DNA from: an uncultured Bacteroidaceae bacterium
Lineage (GTDB): Bacteria > Bacteroidota > Bacteroidia > Bacteroidales > Bacteroidaceae
DNA: 54,480 bases
Reading direction: 5' to 3'
Assembly: GCA_964537205.1 (NCBI GenBank)
Contig: CAZHZH010000002.1
Coordinates: 1 to 54,480 of the forward strand
This document shows, piece after piece, positions 37,278-45,402 of the stretch (position 1 is its first letter; each line of letters starts with the position of its first letter). Under the pieces are notes generated by a model, which saw nothing but the letters and a program-made list of their open reading frames with translations, made no database searches and was not told where the DNA came from. Position numbers and translations under genes: made by a program.

Positions 37278-37880
37278 TTATTTTTCAGTGTTATTGTCTG
37301 TAGCTAATGCTATTGGCACCACTCTGACTGTCTCATTGTCGATGATGTCCGTGACTCTTACCTTTTCGCCAGAGGATATTGGGGTGTCACCGCAAATAGC
37401 GTCAAGTTCGTGGACTGAGCCGTTTATGCTGACTTGAATCTTTCCTTTCCCTTGTTCCGGTATGCGGAGGTACACGTCAGCGACCTTGCCTTTAATGTCT
37501 TTAATCTGAAACGCCCCGTTGTGCTCAAGGCGTTTTGTCTGCTTGTATATGACAAAGAATATGCCGACGAACAGGCATCCGACTATGACTGCGATGAGCG
37601 ACAATAGCGCTCGGCTTCCGATTGTGTCCCAAAAGCAGACACCTGTCCAGCCGAAGCCAATGAGGAACACCATGAGGTTCTTGATGGTGAACAGGTTGAA
37701 TCCGCCTCCAAGGTCCATAGTGTCTGTCCCGTCGAAGTCCACCTCTGTGTCATTGGAATCTATGCCAATTAAAGTAAGTGTTATTTGTATGATGAATATC
37801 AATGATGCAATGACCGCGCATCCCCAAAAAATCTGGAGCAGCATAGGCATTGAACTGTAGAGTGTGATCAAATCTCCCAT
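37278..37880 (-). CDS. NfeD-like membrane protein (YqiJ-like partner of flotillin)
   Basis: 200 aa with several TM helices and a C-terminal OB-like soluble tail (GKVADVYLRIPEQGKGKIQVSINGSVHELDAI...GEKVRVTDI). It ends 6 nt upstream of the flotillin gene. Confidence 0.75.
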   Translation of the reverse strand: MGDLITLYSSMPMLLQIFWGCAVIASLIFIIQITLTLIGIDSNDTEVDFDGTDTMDLGGGFNLFTIKNLMVFLIGFGWTGVCFWDTIGSRALLSLIAVIVGCLFVGIFFVIYKQTKRLEHNGAFQIKDIKGKVADVYLRIPEQGKGKIQVSINGSVHELDAICGDTPISSGEKVRVTDIIDNETVRVVPIALATDNNTEK

Positions 37881-37908
37881 AAATGGTAAAGGTAAAAATT
37901 TTAGTTTG

Positions 37909-37916
37909 CAAATGTA
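37909..37916 (-). promoter_or_regulatory. -7 promoter box (TACATTTG on minus strand) for the NfeD-flotillin operon
   Basis: TAnnTTTG match 29 nt upstream of the ATG at 37880. Confidence 0.5.
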
Positions 37917-38082
37917 AAGATAATTATTGACTCAACCAAACAAATCGCGCCTTTTTTGTTTGATAACTTGTAATGTGGTACTTGACAAGCCCGAATCTAC
38001 CATTAGCGCTTTTTACTATATATTCCAATGCCGGTCCGCACATGCTGTCGCTCAATCTTGATGACGCGTTCGTAATAGGATG

Positions 38083-38121
38083 AATAAAAAAGAAGACTTA
38101 CCCGTTTGCTGTGGGCAAGTC
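38083..38121 (-). terminator. Rho-independent terminator after the T9SS cargo gene
   Basis: The minus strand reads GACTTGCCC-ACAGCAAAC-GGGTAAGTC (8/9 bp stem) followed by TTCTTTTTTATT. It lies 29 nt past the stop codon at 38150. Confidence 0.6.
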
Positions 38122-38149
38122 CTCTTTAATGCAGGTTATTAAAACAAAC

Positions 38150-40642
38150 TTACTTGATGAAAACTTTTTCTCCGTTTATAATGTAGATGCCCTTGGATGG
38201 GGTGGTGACTTTGCGACCTGTCAGATCGTAGATCGTACCATCTCCTGCCTTGCTCGTCTTAACGCCGCTGATGGCGGTTGCCTGGCTGTTGATTACAATG
38301 TTGAATGCATAAAGCTTGTTGTTATATTCAACGTAGAGCACTGTCTTGTAGGTGTTGCCGATGTTGGCGTCGTCAATAACGAATGAGTGGAGCGCTCCAT
38401 CGATGAATCCTACCTGGAATACGGCATCTTCGCTGTTTGCCACAGCTTCACCGTCGGCGTTAAAGCTGAAACCGTACATGTCGTCAAAGTTGTCAGATGT
38501 AAGGGCTCCTTCTGTATCGACTACCTTCCATACTCCGTTTGTAGTCAGATCCTCCTCTGAACAAACAAGTTCTTCGCACGCCTTGGAAAGGTCGAGGCTT
38601 ATTTCGTCGAAGTCGTCTCCGCTTTGATTGCGGGCGGTAACGTCAACCTCTTCTGTTCCGATAGGATTGATGTCGACGATCTCAGCTACGAATTTAAGTG
38701 TGACATTTATTTTCACTGCATCGCCTGTCCAAAGGTTTGCGAGGTAGAATGTTCCGTATGATGTCTCTCCTGCCTTGCGGAATCCCGGAATTGTGAACCA
38801 TGTGAATGTGCTGTCATAGTACCACAATGCGTATGCGCCTGTGCCACTGTATGATGCTGCGTATGCCATGTGTGTAGAGTCTTCAGGCGACATCCAGAAT
38901 CCGCCGCCTCCATAAGTGGTGGCCTCGCTGACTGAGTATGCGTTGGTGAACGCGCCGCTTGAAGTGACTCCGTAGAGCTTGGCGTCTGAGGCCCATATCA
39001 TCTGTTCGAGGTTGGCAACCGGAGTAGTGCCGATTTGCCAGTCTGACTCAGATGGCACAAGGCGTACGGTCATGTCGTATTCCGTGATGTTGCATGTCTC
39101 GATAGTGTACTTAGGCTGCATGATTGTCATGTTGAGGTTGACAGCATAGTAGAGTGAGTCGCCTACTACAAGGTATACAGGAGCTGTGACGGTCTCGCCT
39201 CCATCGAATGCGTTAGGCTTGTTGCCAAGTCCGAGCGCCTTAACTGAGTCGTTGTTGATATAGTTGATATAGAATGTAGTTTCGCTGTTATTATAATATC
39301 CTACGACACCGCTATTATTCATCCAGAATCCTTTAACTGTCTCTGAATTGTCGGCTGTATATTCGTTTGTGATGCCGCTGTAAGAGTTGGTCGAATAGAA
39401 TGTTATATCTGCAGGTGTAATCACGGTATCGGCTTTAGCAGTGAACAGAACTGCTATTGAATCAAGGTTAAGAGGCAGATATTCGAGAGTGTTCCATGTG
39501 AGTTGTGGGTCACGGTCTGTGACGGTCCATGTCGTTTCTCCAACTTTTGTCAAGTCGCCTATCACTGTTTGTTTTGGAATGTCTACAGTGAAAGTATAGT
39601 GAATTATGTATGCATTCTCTCCGTATACAATGTAAATATCGGCTTTCCTTGTCTCGCCTCGTGACATACCGTTAGGATACTGGCCGAGATAGCATGTTAC
39701 AGAGTCGGCTGCGGCAGAATAGTGCAGGTTGCATATCCAGAACAAGTTGCCGTCCTGGTATGTGGCGTTACGACATTCCGGATCTTCGATTTCAACCTCC
39801 TTGTCGTCAACGCTGTCGATGTGGACAATGCCTCCGCTGAAGTAGAAACCAGGTGCGGGTACTGCCTGTCCTTCATTGGTGAGTTCGCTCCAAGTTTCGT
39901 TTGTCATGTCATAGTTCTTTGCGTACACCATTTGGTCGAATACGCTTTCCATGTATTCCGAAGTCGTTCCAAGTGCTTCTGCGATACCCGGAGTGGCAAT
40001 GCTGTATTCATAGTTTAACCAACTTGTGTTAGGCTCTTGTTGCATCTCGACCGATGTCTCGCCGACGATTGTCAACAACGACAAGTCGGTTACCGCCTCT
40101 TTGTCGATACCCTCATTCGGATGGATGGTGAATGTTATGTCGAATGTTGCCTGTCCTCCGTTGAGGTTCAAAGAGAAGGTTCCATGGCATGTAGTCTCAA
40201 CCTTTGCCGGATTGCTTGGGTTTTGGCAGATCGTCATGGCAAGTTCATTCGTTCCTGCATTCATATAATGGATATAGACTCCCCATACAGAACCGCCATT
40301 CCACCAACTGAAGTTTCCGTCCTTGTCCATTTCGTAACCTCCGAACTGCTCACTATGAAATGTCGGAGTGACATTTGAATTCTCAAGGCTGAAGAATCCG
40401 TTGAACGCATAGCCGTTGCTGTCGCCATTTGCTTTGGTCGTCCAATCGTCGAATGCGTTGACAAGTTGCGTCGTAGTGACTTTCATTTGAGCCGCGACAT
40501 CGGCAAGATTGAACGTTACGTCTGAACCTTCAGTCCATCCCGTACGTATGCTGTCCTCCAATGTTGCTGTAAATTGAGCTCTCACACTGCCTGAAACCAA
40601 TAGCAGTGTGGCTAACATAAGTGACGTAAAAATTTTTCTCAT
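38150..40642 (-). CDS. T9SS-secreted protein built from about five degenerate repeats, unknown function
   Basis: 830 aa. Signal peptide: MRKIFTSLMLATLLLVSGSVRAQ. A G-[FY]-x-[MF] core recurs five times (GGYEMDKDG, PGFYFSGG, KGFWMNNSG, GGFWMSPED, YGFSFNADG). The C-terminus YDLTGRKVTTPSKGIYIINGEKVFIK is a T9SS CTD. Confidence 0.75.
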   Translation of the reverse strand: MRKIFTSLMLATLLLVSGSVRAQFTATLEDSIRTGWTEGSDVTFNLADVAAQMKVTTTQLVNAFDDWTTKANGDSNGYAFNGFFSLENSNVTPTFHSEQFGGYEMDKDGNFSWWNGGSVWGVYIHYMNAGTNELAMTICQNPSNPAKVETTCHGTFSLNLNGGQATFDITFTIHPNEGIDKEAVTDLSLLTIVGETSVEMQQEPNTSWLNYEYSIATPGIAEALGTTSEYMESVFDQMVYAKNYDMTNETWSELTNEGQAVPAPGFYFSGGIVHIDSVDDKEVEIEDPECRNATYQDGNLFWICNLHYSAAADSVTCYLGQYPNGMSRGETRKADIYIVYGENAYIIHYTFTVDIPKQTVIGDLTKVGETTWTVTDRDPQLTWNTLEYLPLNLDSIAVLFTAKADTVITPADITFYSTNSYSGITNEYTADNSETVKGFWMNNSGVVGYYNNSETTFYINYINNDSVKALGLGNKPNAFDGGETVTAPVYLVVGDSLYYAVNLNMTIMQPKYTIETCNITEYDMTVRLVPSESDWQIGTTPVANLEQMIWASDAKLYGVTSSGAFTNAYSVSEATTYGGGGFWMSPEDSTHMAYAASYSGTGAYALWYYDSTFTWFTIPGFRKAGETSYGTFYLANLWTGDAVKINVTLKFVAEIVDINPIGTEEVDVTARNQSGDDFDEISLDLSKACEELVCSEEDLTTNGVWKVVDTEGALTSDNFDDMYGFSFNADGEAVANSEDAVFQVGFIDGALHSFVIDDANIGNTYKTVLYVEYNNKLYAFNIVINSQATAISGVKTSKAGDGTIYDLTGRKVTTPSKGIYIINGEKVFIK

Positions 40643-40705
40643 AGTTTTGCTTTTATTCTTTTAATTAATGAATCCTTTCTGTGATTGAATTTATATTTTC
40701 AAGTG

Positions 40706-40713
40706 CAAATATA
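40706..40713 (-). promoter_or_regulatory. -7 promoter box (TATATTTG on minus strand) for the T9SS cargo gene
   Basis: TAnnTTTG match 64 nt upstream of the ATG at 40642. Confidence 0.4.
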
Positions 40714-40797
40714 TGAAAATAATTGAAACGTGGATGCGTTGAACGGATTTTTTTCGACTCACGTTACGGAATTGTAATAATAGAGTGGCGACTCTCC

Positions 40798-40815
40798 TAT
40801 ATATAATAAGGTGTA
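40798..40815 (+). repeat. Copy 3 of recurring motif (TATATATAATAAGGTGTA)
   Basis: 16 nt are identical to copy 1 and 16 nt to copy 2. It lies in the divergent promoter region, 70 nt upstream of the aroB -7 box. Confidence 0.6.
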
Positions 40816-40884
40816 AGGGGGGATGACCTTTTTTGTTGACGACATAATTCATGGACGGGCATACGACTTTTAAAAATAAATGTG

Positions 40885-40892
40885 TAACTTTG
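40885..40892 (+). promoter_or_regulatory. -7 promoter box (TAACTTTG) for aroB
   Basis: TAnnTTTG match 35 nt upstream of the ATG at 40927. Confidence 0.5.
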
Positions 40893-40926
40893 CATTGTGT
40901 TATAAAAAGGGAAGGAGTTAGAAGCA

Positions 40927-41916
40927 ATGGCATACGACAAAATATTTGTATTAACCGACGACACTACAGAGAAGTGTTGTTCGCCAGTGGTGAGCGATGT
41001 GGCATCCTTGAGGGACGCTCAACACATTGTCATTCCAAGTACAGATGCCAACAAGAACCTGCAATCGTTGTCATACGTGTGGACGCAACTGAGCAACAGC
41101 GGGGCCACACGCCACAGCCTGCTGATTAATCTCGGTGGCGGCATGGTGACCGACCTTGGCGGCTTTGCGGCGTCAACGTTCAAGCGGGGCATTGATTTCA
41201 TCAACATACCGACCACTCTGCTCGCCATGGTCGACGCGGCCGAGGGTGGCAAGACGGGTATAAACTTCAACGGGTTGAAAAACGAGATAGGCGTGTTCAA
41301 CAATCCTGTAAAAGTGATTCTTGACACGACTTTCCTTCGGACGCTCGACAAGGACAACATCCTTTCAGGTTATGCGGAGATGATAAAGCACGGGCTGCTG
41401 TCGGACGCTGCCACTTTGAATGAACTCTTGTCGTTTGATCTTGATGACGTAGATTATGAAAAACTTGGATCGATGGTTCGTAAGAGTGTGGCTGTCAAGA
41501 AAAGGATAGTCCGATCCGATCCTCACGAGCATGGACTGCGCAAGTCGTTGAACCTTGGACACACTTTCGGACATGCGATCGAGAGTTTCTCATTGCGTAG
41601 AGGCACGCCTATACTTCATGGTTTCGCTGTAGCGTGGGGACTCGTATGCGAATTGTACCTTTCAAGCGTGTATCTTGGATTCCCGACAGAGGCCATGCAC
41701 GAGGTCGCGGCGTTCATCAACGAACACTATGGCAGATTCGAATTCACTTGCGACGACTACGACGCGCTGTTCGCCCTTATGAAGCACGACAAGAAGAATA
41801 TCGGCGATAAAATACAGTTCGCGTTGTTGGGCGACATAGGGAAAGTAAGGATAAACCGCACGATGGGCAAAGACCGCATTTATGAGGCGCTCGACTTCTA
41901 TCGGGAGGGCCAGTGA
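40927..41916 (+). CDS. aroB: 3-dehydroquinate synthase (N-terminally short form)
   Basis: 329 aa. Motifs: LINLGGGMVTDLGGFAASTFKRGIDFINIPTTLLAMVDAAEGGKTGINF, and the metal-binding region GHTFGHAIE...HGFAVAWG. Confidence 0.85.
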   Translation: MAYDKIFVLTDDTTEKCCSPVVSDVASLRDAQHIVIPSTDANKNLQSLSYVWTQLSNSGATRHSLLINLGGGMVTDLGGFAASTFKRGIDFINIPTTLLAMVDAAEGGKTGINFNGLKNEIGVFNNPVKVILDTTFLRTLDKDNILSGYAEMIKHGLLSDAATLNELLSFDLDDVDYEKLGSMVRKSVAVKKRIVRSDPHEHGLRKSLNLGHTFGHAIESFSLRRGTPILHGFAVAWGLVCELYLSSVYLGFPTEAMHEVAAFINEHYGRFEFTCDDYDALFALMKHDKKNIGDKIQFALLGDIGKVRINRTMGKDRIYEALDFYREGQ

Positions 41917-41979
41917 GTCGCAATAGGACCTTGATGAGGCGAAAAAACAAAGAAAATACAAAAAAAATCTTGTAAATCG

Positions 41980-42010
41980 TTTGCAGAAAAAAAAGAAATA
42001 CGTAACTTTG
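41980..42010 (+). promoter_or_regulatory. trp operon promoter: -33 TTTG (41980-41983) and -7 TAACTTTG (42003-42010)
   Basis: Both Bacteroidetes sigma-A elements are present with a 19-nt spacer. The promoter lies 9 nt upstream of the leader ORF ATG. Confidence 0.55.
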
Positions 42011-42018
42011 CACTCGTC

Positions 42019-42099
42019 ATGAATAGAAACAATAATACATATTGGCGTTGGCAAAACTTGGGTTCACATAATCTGAGGTTGCTCGGCGTTCACTCATGA
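42019..42099 (+). CDS. trpL: Candidate trp leader peptide (26 aa, MNRNNNTYWRWQNLGSHNLRLLGVHS)
   Basis: Short ORF with two TGG codons separated by one codon (42043-42045 and 42049-42051). It sits between the promoter and an intrinsic terminator immediately upstream of trpB. Confidence 0.55.
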   Translation: MNRNNNTYWRWQNLGSHNLRLLGVHS

Positions 42100-42146
42100 C
42101 GAAGTTCGTTTCATAAGGTAAATTAAAGGATTTAATTAAGTGTTTT

Positions 42147-42185
42147 GAGTTTGTCGGTAACCAACTGGCAAACTCAATTTTTTTT
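42147..42185 (+). terminator. Intrinsic terminator (attenuator stem-loop) upstream of trpB
   Basis: GAGTTTGTC (42147-42155) pairs with GGCAAACTC (42167-42175): 9 bp including one G-U, with an 11-nt loop. It is followed by AA and T8 (42178-42185). It ends 27 nt before the trpB ATG. Confidence 0.65.
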
Positions 42186-42211
42186 GTAACAGACGTAACT
42201 AAAAAATAAAA

Positions 42212-43420
42212 ATGAAAAAGATGGATTACAATGTAGACAAAGAAGGCTTTTATGGAGAGTTCGGCGGCGCATACATCCCCGAAATACTCTATAAGACCGT
42301 TGAGAACCTTAAGGAGGCTTACTTGCCGATTATGGAAAGCGAGGAATTCAAGAATGAGTTTCATGCGCTGCTGAAAGATTACGTTGGCCGCCCCTCTCCT
42401 CTATACTATGCCAGAAGGATGAGTGAAAAGTATGGCTGTAAGCTTTATTTGAAACGTGAAGACTTAAACCATACGGGTGCCCATAAGATAAACAACGCCC
42501 TCGGACAGATTCTTATCGCTAAAAAAATGGGTAAGACTCGTATTATCGCCGAGACTGGTGCGGGACAGCACGGAGTTGCGACAGCCACGGCTTGCGCCCT
42601 TATGAACTTGCCTTGCACCGTATATCAAGGAGCTCTCGATGTCAAACGGCAGCATGTCAATGTGGAACGAATGAAGATGCTCGGTGCGACTGTCGTTCCT
42701 GTTGAGACTGGTAACAAAACATTGAAGGATGCGACAAACGAGGCTATACGCGACTGGTGCTGCCATCCCGCGGACACCTTTTATATAATAGGGTCTACTG
42801 TGGGGCCGCATCCATATCCTGACATGGTGGCAAGGCTGCAGTCGGTCATAAGCGAGGAAATTAAATGGCAGTTGAAAGAAAAAATAGGACGCGACTACCC
42901 TGACTACTTGATGGCGTGTGTCGGTGGTGGCAGCAATGCCGCTGGTACGATATACCATTATCTGAACGACGACCGTGTGAAAATAGTGCTTGGAGAGGCT
43001 GGCGGATTAGGAAATGAAAGCGGAAAGACCGCCGCGTCGCTTCAAATGGGTACGGTTGGAATACTGCATGGAAGCCGTATAAAAATCATGCAGACAGAGG
43101 ACGGACAGGTGATAGAGCCTTATTCAATATCTGCGGGCCTTGACTATCCTGGCACAGGACCTATTCACTGTAACTTATATGAAAAAGGACGGGCCACCGT
43201 ACTTTCAGCCAATGATGATGAGGCTTTGCGGGCTGCGTTTGAACTGACACGGCTCGAAGGTATTATACCGGCGTTGGAGTCGGCGCACGCATTGGCGCTT
43301 CTGCCTAAAATCGCAAATCAGTTCAAACCCGATGATGTCGTCGTACTGACTGTCAGCGGACGCGGAGATAAAGACATAGACACGTACCTGAAGTATGTCG
43401 ATAAAATTTCAATTGACTAA
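42212..43420 (+). CDS. trpB: Tryptophan synthase beta chain
   Basis: 402 aa. Motifs: [11 protein letters not shown] (PLP lysine), [12 protein letters not shown] and GGGSNA. Confidence 0.9.
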   Translation: MKKMDYNVDKEGFYGEFGGAYIPEILYKTVENLKEAYLPIMESEEFKNEFHALLKDYVGRPSPLYYARRMSEKYGCKLYLKREDLNHTGAHKINNALGQILIAKKMGKTRIIAETGAGQHGVATATACALMNLPCTVYQGALDVKRQHVNVERMKMLGATVVPVETGNKTLKDATNEAIRDWCCHPADTFYIIGSTVGPHPYPDMVARLQSVISEEIKWQLKEKIGRDYPDYLMACVGGGSNAAGTIYHYLNDDRVKIVLGEAGGLGNESGKTAASLQMGTVGILHGSRIKIMQTEDGQVIEPYSISAGLDYPGTGPIHCNLYEKGRATVLSANDDEALRAAFELTRLEGIIPALESAHALALLPKIANQFKPDDVVVLTVSGRGDKDIDTYLKYVDKISID

Positions 43421-43435
43421 AAGGAGATTTACAAT

Positions 43436-44830
43436 ATGTTTACTTATCATACAGCTTCAAAAAAGATTCTGGGCGACTTGAATACTCCTGTAAGCACATA
43501 CTTGAGAGTACGCGACGCTTATCCGCAAAGTGCCTTGATGGAATCGTCGGACTACCATGGCGGCGAAAACTCAAGATCGTTCATCGGCATCCATCCGATT
43601 GCAAGTGTGTCAATCGAACATGGAACTGGCTTCGCGCGCTATCCCGACGGAACGTCGATGTCTATGCCTGTAAATAATGGCGATGACGCCGCCGCGTTGA
43701 TTAATAAGTTCATACATTCATTTGATGTCACTGGCGACTATTCCAACTTCTGCGGACTTTATGGATATACCGCGTTTAATTCGGTGCGGTATTTTGAAAA
43801 CATAAAAATAAAGGATGAGACGCAAAAGTCGAATGACGCTCCCGACTTGCTGTATATTTTATATAAGGACATCGTGGTGTTCGACCATTTCCGTAATGAG
43901 ATGATCCTTGTGGAGCTTCTCGCGGATGGGGAAACTGACAGACTGGCCCAGTTGGAGATGGACTGTAACTCGCGCCCTTATCAAACATTCGGCTTTCACC
44001 CTGTGGGTGAGTATTGGTCTACTCTGACTGACGACGAGCATCGGGAGAATATCCGCCGTGGCATACGGCACTGCCTGCGCGGCGACGTGTTTCAGATAGT
44101 CCTGTCGCGACGTTTCATCCAAAAATACAAGGGCGATGATTTCAAACTATATCGCGCCTTGCGTAGCATCAATCCTTCCCCGTATTTGTTCTACTTCGAT
44201 TTTGGCGGCTTCCGGATCTTCGGCTCAAGTCCGGAAACACATTGCAGAATAGAAGGGCGCACTGCGTATATCGACCCTATAGCGGGAACTACGAAACGTA
44301 CGGGCAATGCGGAGGAAGACCGTAAAAACGCACTGTATTTGAAAAACGACCCAAAGGAAAACGCCGAACACGTCATGCTGGTCGACCTCGCACGCAACGA
44401 CCTGTCACGCAACTGCCATGGAGTGCATGTCGACTTCTACAAGGATATGCAGTTCTATAGCCATGTCATACATCTTGTGAGCCGGGTGTCGGGCGAACTC
44501 GACGAAGGGGCTGACCCTATAAAGGCGTTCATCGACACTTTTCCCGCTGGAACGCTGTCGGGCGCCCCGAAAGTCCGCGCCATGCAATTAATATCTGAAT
44601 ATGAGCCTCACTGTCGTGGAGCATACGGCGGCTGCATCGGCTTCATCGGTCTCAACGGCAACTTGAACCAGGCTATAACCATACGCACGTTTGTCTCACG
44701 CAACAATGAGTTGTGGTTTCAAGCGGGAGGCGGCATAGTTGCCAAGAGCAATGTGGAATATGAATTACAAGAGGTGAACAATAAATTGGGCGCGTTGCGC
44801 AAGGCAATCTTAATAGCAGAATCATTATGA
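43436..44830 (+). CDS. trpE: Anthranilate synthase component I
   Basis: 464 aa. Has the LESS-like Trp-feedback motif region (SALMESSDYHGGENSRSF) and the chorismate-binding C-domain (GTLSGAPKVRAMQLI, GAYGGCIGF). Confidence 0.9.
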   Translation: MFTYHTASKKILGDLNTPVSTYLRVRDAYPQSALMESSDYHGGENSRSFIGIHPIASVSIEHGTGFARYPDGTSMSMPVNNGDDAAALINKFIHSFDVTGDYSNFCGLYGYTAFNSVRYFENIKIKDETQKSNDAPDLLYILYKDIVVFDHFRNEMILVELLADGETDRLAQLEMDCNSRPYQTFGFHPVGEYWSTLTDDEHRENIRRGIRHCLRGDVFQIVLSRRFIQKYKGDDFKLYRALRSINPSPYLFYFDFGGFRIFGSSPETHCRIEGRTAYIDPIAGTTKRTGNAEEDRKNALYLKNDPKENAEHVMLVDLARNDLSRNCHGVHVDFYKDMQFYSHVIHLVSRVSGELDEGADPIKAFIDTFPAGTLSGAPKVRAMQLISEYEPHCRGAYGGCIGFIGLNGNLNQAITIRTFVSRNNELWFQAGGGIVAKSNVEYELQEVNNKLGALRKAILIAESL

Positions 44831-45390
44831 AAATCGTTATCATAGACAACTATGACTCTTTTACGTACAATCTGAGTCATCTATTGAAAGAGCTCGGCGC
44901 AGAAGTGACTGTCTATAGGAATGACAAGTTCGATATGGACTGGCTCGCGCCTTTCGACAAAATCGTATTATCACCGGGACCGGGCATTCCAAGCGAGGCT
45001 GGCCAACTCCTCGACGTAATAAAAAACTATGCGGGGAAGAAGCCTATTCTTGGCGTGTGCTTGGGACATCAGGCTCTTGGCGAATATTTCGGCGCCAAGC
45101 TTGTGAATGTCGGAGAAGTGGTACACGGAGTTGCCACACCAGCACACCGTGTGGTCGACGATTACTTGTTCCAAGGACTGCCCGACACTATCATGGTGGG
45201 CCGCTACCACTCTTGGGTGGTCTCTGCCGACGGACTGCCAGATTGCCTTGAGGCTACAAGCTTCAGCGACGACGGACAAATGATGTCGCTTAGGCATAAG
45301 GAATATGACATAAGGGGCATACAGTATCATCCTGAAAGCGTGCTGACCCCAGACGGTAAGGTCATTATGAGAAATTGGTTAAATCATTAA
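44827..45390 (+). CDS. trpG: Anthranilate synthase component II (glutamine amidotransferase)
   Basis: 187 aa. Motifs: IDNYDSFTYNL, GVCLGHQ (catalytic Cys) and IQYHPES. There is a 4-nt ATGA overlap with trpE. Confidence 0.9.
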   Translation: MKIVIIDNYDSFTYNLSHLLKELGAEVTVYRNDKFDMDWLAPFDKIVLSPGPGIPSEAGQLLDVIKNYAGKKPILGVCLGHQALGEYFGAKLVNVGEVVHGVATPAHRVVDDYLFQGLPDTIMVGRYHSWVVSADGLPDCLEATSFSDDGQMMSLRHKEYDIRGIQYHPESVLTPDGKVIMRNWLNH

Positions 45391-45402
45391 ACATAAAAAC
45401 AC

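Noticed and set aside
40691-40933. 80-aa minus-strand ORF and 92-aa plus-strand ORF (40851..41129) in the divergent promoter region upstream of aroB.
   Set aside because: They span promoter boxes for both flanking genes and the repeat motif. Their translations are low-complexity, and the plus-strand ORF overlaps aroB out of frame.
42050-42059. Simple model in which the Trp-codon segment itself is the antiterminator partner of the terminator 5' arm.
   Set aside because: A ribosome stalled at the TGG codons would mask this segment and favour termination under Trp starvation. That is the wrong regulatory sign. The pairing is therefore reported as an observation only, and the mechanism is left open pending computational folding.
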